This document shows positions 61,085 through 64,000 of a stretch of 64,000 bases of DNA, in pieces. Each line of letters starts with the position of its first letter. The first letter of the stretch is position 1. The translations under genes were made by a program, and so were the position numbers. The notes under the pieces are model-generated. The model had not been told where the DNA came from and did not search any database. It worked only from the letters and a program-made list of their open reading frames with translations. The stretch comes from an uncultured Spirochaetota bacterium (lineage in GTDB: Bacteria > Spirochaetota > Spirochaetia > SZUA-6 > CAVTHK01), in assembly GCA_963734495.1 (NCBI GenBank), contig CAVTHK010000011.1, positions 448,001-512,000 of the forward strand. Direction: 5' to 3'.

Positions 61085-61453
61085 ATGGCTCGAGTGGGTC
61101 ATTTCGATTTCTCGGCGACGGATCCCGCGAAGCTAATGTCGTTCTACAAGGACATCTTCGGGTGGAAGTTCGAGGACTCCGGCATGCCGGGCATGGATTA
61201 CTGGCTGGTGACCACCGGCCCGGACAAAGAGCCCGGAATCAACGGCGGGATGACGAAGAGATACAAGGACAGCAGCACCCTGAACACGATCATCGTCGAA
61301 AACATCGACGCGACGCTCAAGAAGGTCACGGGCGCGGGCGGAAAGGTGACTCAGCCCAAGGGCCCCATCCCGGGCGTCGGCTGGTACGCGGAGTTCAGCG
61401 ACCCGCAGGACAACGCTTTCGGAGTGATGCAGTCAGACCCGAAGGCGAAGTAG
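61085..61453 (+). CDS. VOC/glyoxalase family protein
   Basis: HFDF..FYKDIFGW, GINGGM, IPGVGWYA.F.DP..N.FG. Confidence 0.92.
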   Translation: MARVGHFDFSATDPAKLMSFYKDIFGWKFEDSGMPGMDYWLVTTGPDKEPGINGGMTKRYKDSSTLNTIIVENIDATLKKVTGAGGKVTQPKGPIPGVGWYAEFSDPQDNAFGVMQSDPKAK

Positions 61454-61487
61454 AGCGGCGCAAAAAGAGCGCGGTGCGCCTGCCTGC

Positions 61488-62723
61488 TCACACGTCGCGC
61501 AGCGCGTCCACCACGACGAGGCGTGCCGCCCGGCGTGACGGCGGCACCGCCGCCAGCGCGGCCGTCGCGAGGGCCGCGGCCGACGCGCCCACGAAGTCGA
61601 TGACGCGGTAGTCGGAGAGGAAGCGGCTCGCGAGCGGGACGGGGAAGTCGGCCGGCAGAGCGTGCGACAGGTCCACCCCGACCGTGCCCAGATAAAAGGC
61701 GGCGGCCCCGGCGAGCAGGCACCCGACGAGAGAAGCTCCCAACGCCGTGAGGAGAGCCTCCAGCACGAAGAGGCCGGCGGCCTGCCGTCGCTTCATACCG
61801 ATCGCCCGAAGCGTGCCGATCTCGCGCACGCGCTCCCGCACCGACATTGCGACGGAGTTCACCATGTTGAGCACGGCAAAGAGGAACACCAGCGCCAGCA
61901 TCGCGGAGAAGCTCCCGGTGTCCGCGCGGACAGCCGCGACGATCGTCTCGGCGAAGCGCTGCCACGGGTAGACCTGCACGGGAGCGGCGGCAAGCGCGGC
62001 GGCGACGGCGCGCTCGCCCCGGTCGATCGGCACGCGGTCGGCGAGGCGCACAACGAGGCGCGTCACGCGGTCCGGGAGAGCGAGCATCGTTTGCGCGCTC
62101 GCGAGGTCCACGAGCGCCATGTGCTCGTCCATCACGGGGTAGCCCAGAGAGTAGATCCCGCTTACCCTGAGGTCGATCAGGTTCACGGCGCCGTTGACGT
62201 CCGGGGCGCTCAGGAACACCGTATCGCCGGGGGCGACGCCCATGCGCTCCGCGAGAGGCTTGCCGATCAGCACCCCGGGGGCGCCGTCGAGGTACTCGCC
62301 GGCCACGACAGCGCGGGCGATGACGGTGAGGGCCTTCTCCCGCGGCGGGTCGATGGCGCGCACGAGAAGCGGCACGGAGGCCGCGCCGAGCGAGAGCCTG
62401 CCCTCGAACTCGATGCGGCCTGAGACCGCGGCCACCATGGGCAGGCTCGCCACCCTGGCCTCGCTCGCCGCGTAGCCGTCGATCGCGAGGTCAAGGGGGA
62501 AGCGTCTCGCCTGCTCCAGGTAGCCTCGCCTCACGACCTGCAGATGGCCGGTGTCGAAGTCGATCAGGCTCCTGTAGAACGTCGAGAAGTAGCCGCGCAC
62601 CCAGCCGCTGCCGGTCGCCATCAGGAAGACCCCGATCGTCATGGCGGCCATGTTGAGCACGGTGCGCCTGCGGTTGCGCACGAGGTTGCGGAATGCGAGG
62701 CGGAGGAGCTTCAACCTTCCCAT
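61488..62723 (-). CDS. FtsX/LolE-like ABC permease
   Basis: LAFRNLVRNRRRT, ERVREIGTLRAIG. Confidence 0.9.
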   Translation of the reverse strand: MGRLKLLRLAFRNLVRNRRRTVLNMAAMTIGVFLMATGSGWVRGYFSTFYRSLIDFDTGHLQVVRRGYLEQARRFPLDLAIDGYAASEARVASLPMVAAVSGRIEFEGRLSLGAASVPLLVRAIDPPREKALTVIARAVVAGEYLDGAPGVLIGKPLAERMGVAPGDTVFLSAPDVNGAVNLIDLRVSGIYSLGYPVMDEHMALVDLASAQTMLALPDRVTRLVVRLADRVPIDRGERAVAAALAAAPVQVYPWQRFAETIVAAVRADTGSFSAMLALVFLFAVLNMVNSVAMSVRERVREIGTLRAIGMKRRQAAGLFVLEALLTALGASLVGCLLAGAAAFYLGTVGVDLSHALPADFPVPLASRFLSDYRVIDFVGASAAALATAALAAVPPSRRAARLVVVDALRDV

Positions 62724-62724
62724 C

Positions 62725-63951
62725 CTACAGGGCCCGCAGGCTCTCGACCACGGTGCGCTTGAGCACGACGCGCGCCGCGTAGAGGCCGCAGAGGCCGGCG
62801 ATCGCGGCGCCCAACGCGAACGCCCCGACGGCGCGGCTCAGCGACAAGTGGAAGTACAGCGTCCCGCCCGCCGTCATGATCTCGTTCAGCGCGCCGAGGG
62901 CCAGGCCGCGGCGCTCGAGCAGCAGCACAAGCGGCACGCCGACCGCCAACCCGAGCAGGCCGCCCGCCACCCCCTGCGCAAGCCCCTCGCCAGTCAGCAG
63001 CGCGGCGAGCACCCGCCTGCGGAAGCCGATGGCGCGCAGCGTGCCGATCTCGCGCACGCGCTCGAGGAGCGTCCCGAGCAGCGCGTTTGTGATCATGAAA
63101 GCGGCGGCAACCGCGATCACCCCGTTGATGACGGAGACGAAGACGTCGAAGAGGTCGACGAAGACCAGGAGCCCGCCGTTGGCTTCCCTGTACGTCCGCA
63201 CGAAGAGCCCCGGCACGGTGCCGCGCACGGCCGCCGCCACGGAGTCCGCCTCCCGCGGGTCGAAGAGCCAGGCGCGGACCTCCGTCGCCTCGTGCGCCCC
63301 GAGCCCCAGCAGGTCCCGCGCCGCCGCGAGCGTCGTGAGGAACCAGGCGTCGTCGGTCTCGCTGGACCCGGAGTCGAAGAGGCCGCGGACGGGAAGATCG
63401 AGGTAGTAGGGGCTTCCGGTGGAATCCTCGACGAGCACTGCCACGCGGTCGCCCACCTTTGCTTCGAGGAGCGTGGCCGCGCGCGTGGAAAGCAGGAACC
63501 CCTCGGCGCCGCCGGCGAGGAAAGAGCCTGAGCGGATCCCATGCCGGATGCTCTCGTAGTAGCCTGTGTCCGCGTCGACGCCGATGCCGCCCATGGTGAG
63601 GCTGCGATCGCCCGCGATCAGCAGGGCCCCGTACGTGATCACCGGCTCCGCGCGCTCCACCAGCCTGCGGCCGGCCGGGTCGGTCAGCGCCGCGATGCGG
63701 GCGGCGAGCGAGTCGGCGTCGGCGATGCGGGGGCTCGCGGCGTAGGGATCGAGCCGCTTCTCGTAGCCGGCGGCGAACGCCTGCACGTGCCCGCCGTCGC
63801 CGACCAGGCGGCCGAGCAGCCCGGAACGCATGCCTTCCATCATCCCTCCCATGAAGACCATGAGAAAGACCGACAGGGCGATGCCGGCCACCACCAGCGC
63901 CGTGCGCCTCGCCCGGCGGCCGAGCGACAGGACGATCAGCTTAAGCAGCAT
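62725..63951 (-). CDS. FtsX/LolE-like ABC permease
   Basis: ERVREIGTLRAIGF; 4-TM layout with large periplasmic loop. Confidence 0.9.
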   Translation of the reverse strand: MLLKLIVLSLGRRARRTALVVAGIALSVFLMVFMGGMMEGMRSGLLGRLVGDGGHVQAFAAGYEKRLDPYAASPRIADADSLAARIAALTDPAGRRLVERAEPVITYGALLIAGDRSLTMGGIGVDADTGYYESIRHGIRSGSFLAGGAEGFLLSTRAATLLEAKVGDRVAVLVEDSTGSPYYLDLPVRGLFDSGSSETDDAWFLTTLAAARDLLGLGAHEATEVRAWLFDPREADSVAAAVRGTVPGLFVRTYREANGGLLVFVDLFDVFVSVINGVIAVAAAFMITNALLGTLLERVREIGTLRAIGFRRRVLAALLTGEGLAQGVAGGLLGLAVGVPLVLLLERRGLALGALNEIMTAGGTLYFHLSLSRAVGAFALGAAIAGLCGLYAARVVLKRTVVESLRAL

Positions 63952-64000
63952 CGACGATCACCCCGTCGCGGAGGCGCACGACCCGCCGCGCATACGCGAG
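63941..64000 (-). CDS. LolD-like ABC ATPase, C-terminal end (partial)
   Basis: LAYARRVVRLRDGVIVDAA*. Confidence 0.7.
   Translation of the reverse strand, partial: LAYARRVVRLRDGVIVDAA

Overview
GC-rich bacterial chromosome segment. Its solute-binding proteins have Cys-less signal peptides ending FAEGGKE / AWAGGEKE / FSEGKPE, which suggests a free-living Spirochaetia-type genome (inference). About 15 genes carry single-base frameshifts, most likely long-read assembly errors. Contents in order: (1-6 kb) hypothetical genes, a TIM-barrel glycoside hydrolase-like gene, 5'-3' exonuclease, YciI, a Phd-PIN toxin-antitoxin (TA) pair and an APH-family kinase; (6-18 kb) a long minus-strand cluster of Dpp/Opp ABC genes, GH39, a PPIase, GldA/F/G-like ABC genes and DUF4340; (18-37 kb) carbohydrate and other catabolic genes plus an SfsA-GIY-YIG fusion and NagD; (37.4-49.4 kb) a defence-island-like block. 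In that block an AddB/AddA-like nuclease-helicase pair is interleaved with four type II TA pairs, two of which lie between diverged direct copies of addB/addA sequence, followed by a methyltransferase-HNH fusion and an Rpn nuclease with a probable intragenic antitoxin. (49.7-61 kb) three UroD/MtaA-like paralogs with a sulfatase and two sugar ABC systems; (61-64 kb) a VOC protein and LolE/FtsX-like ABC genes. I found no rRNA, tRNA or CRISPR array. All calls rest on reading motifs; no database searches were run.
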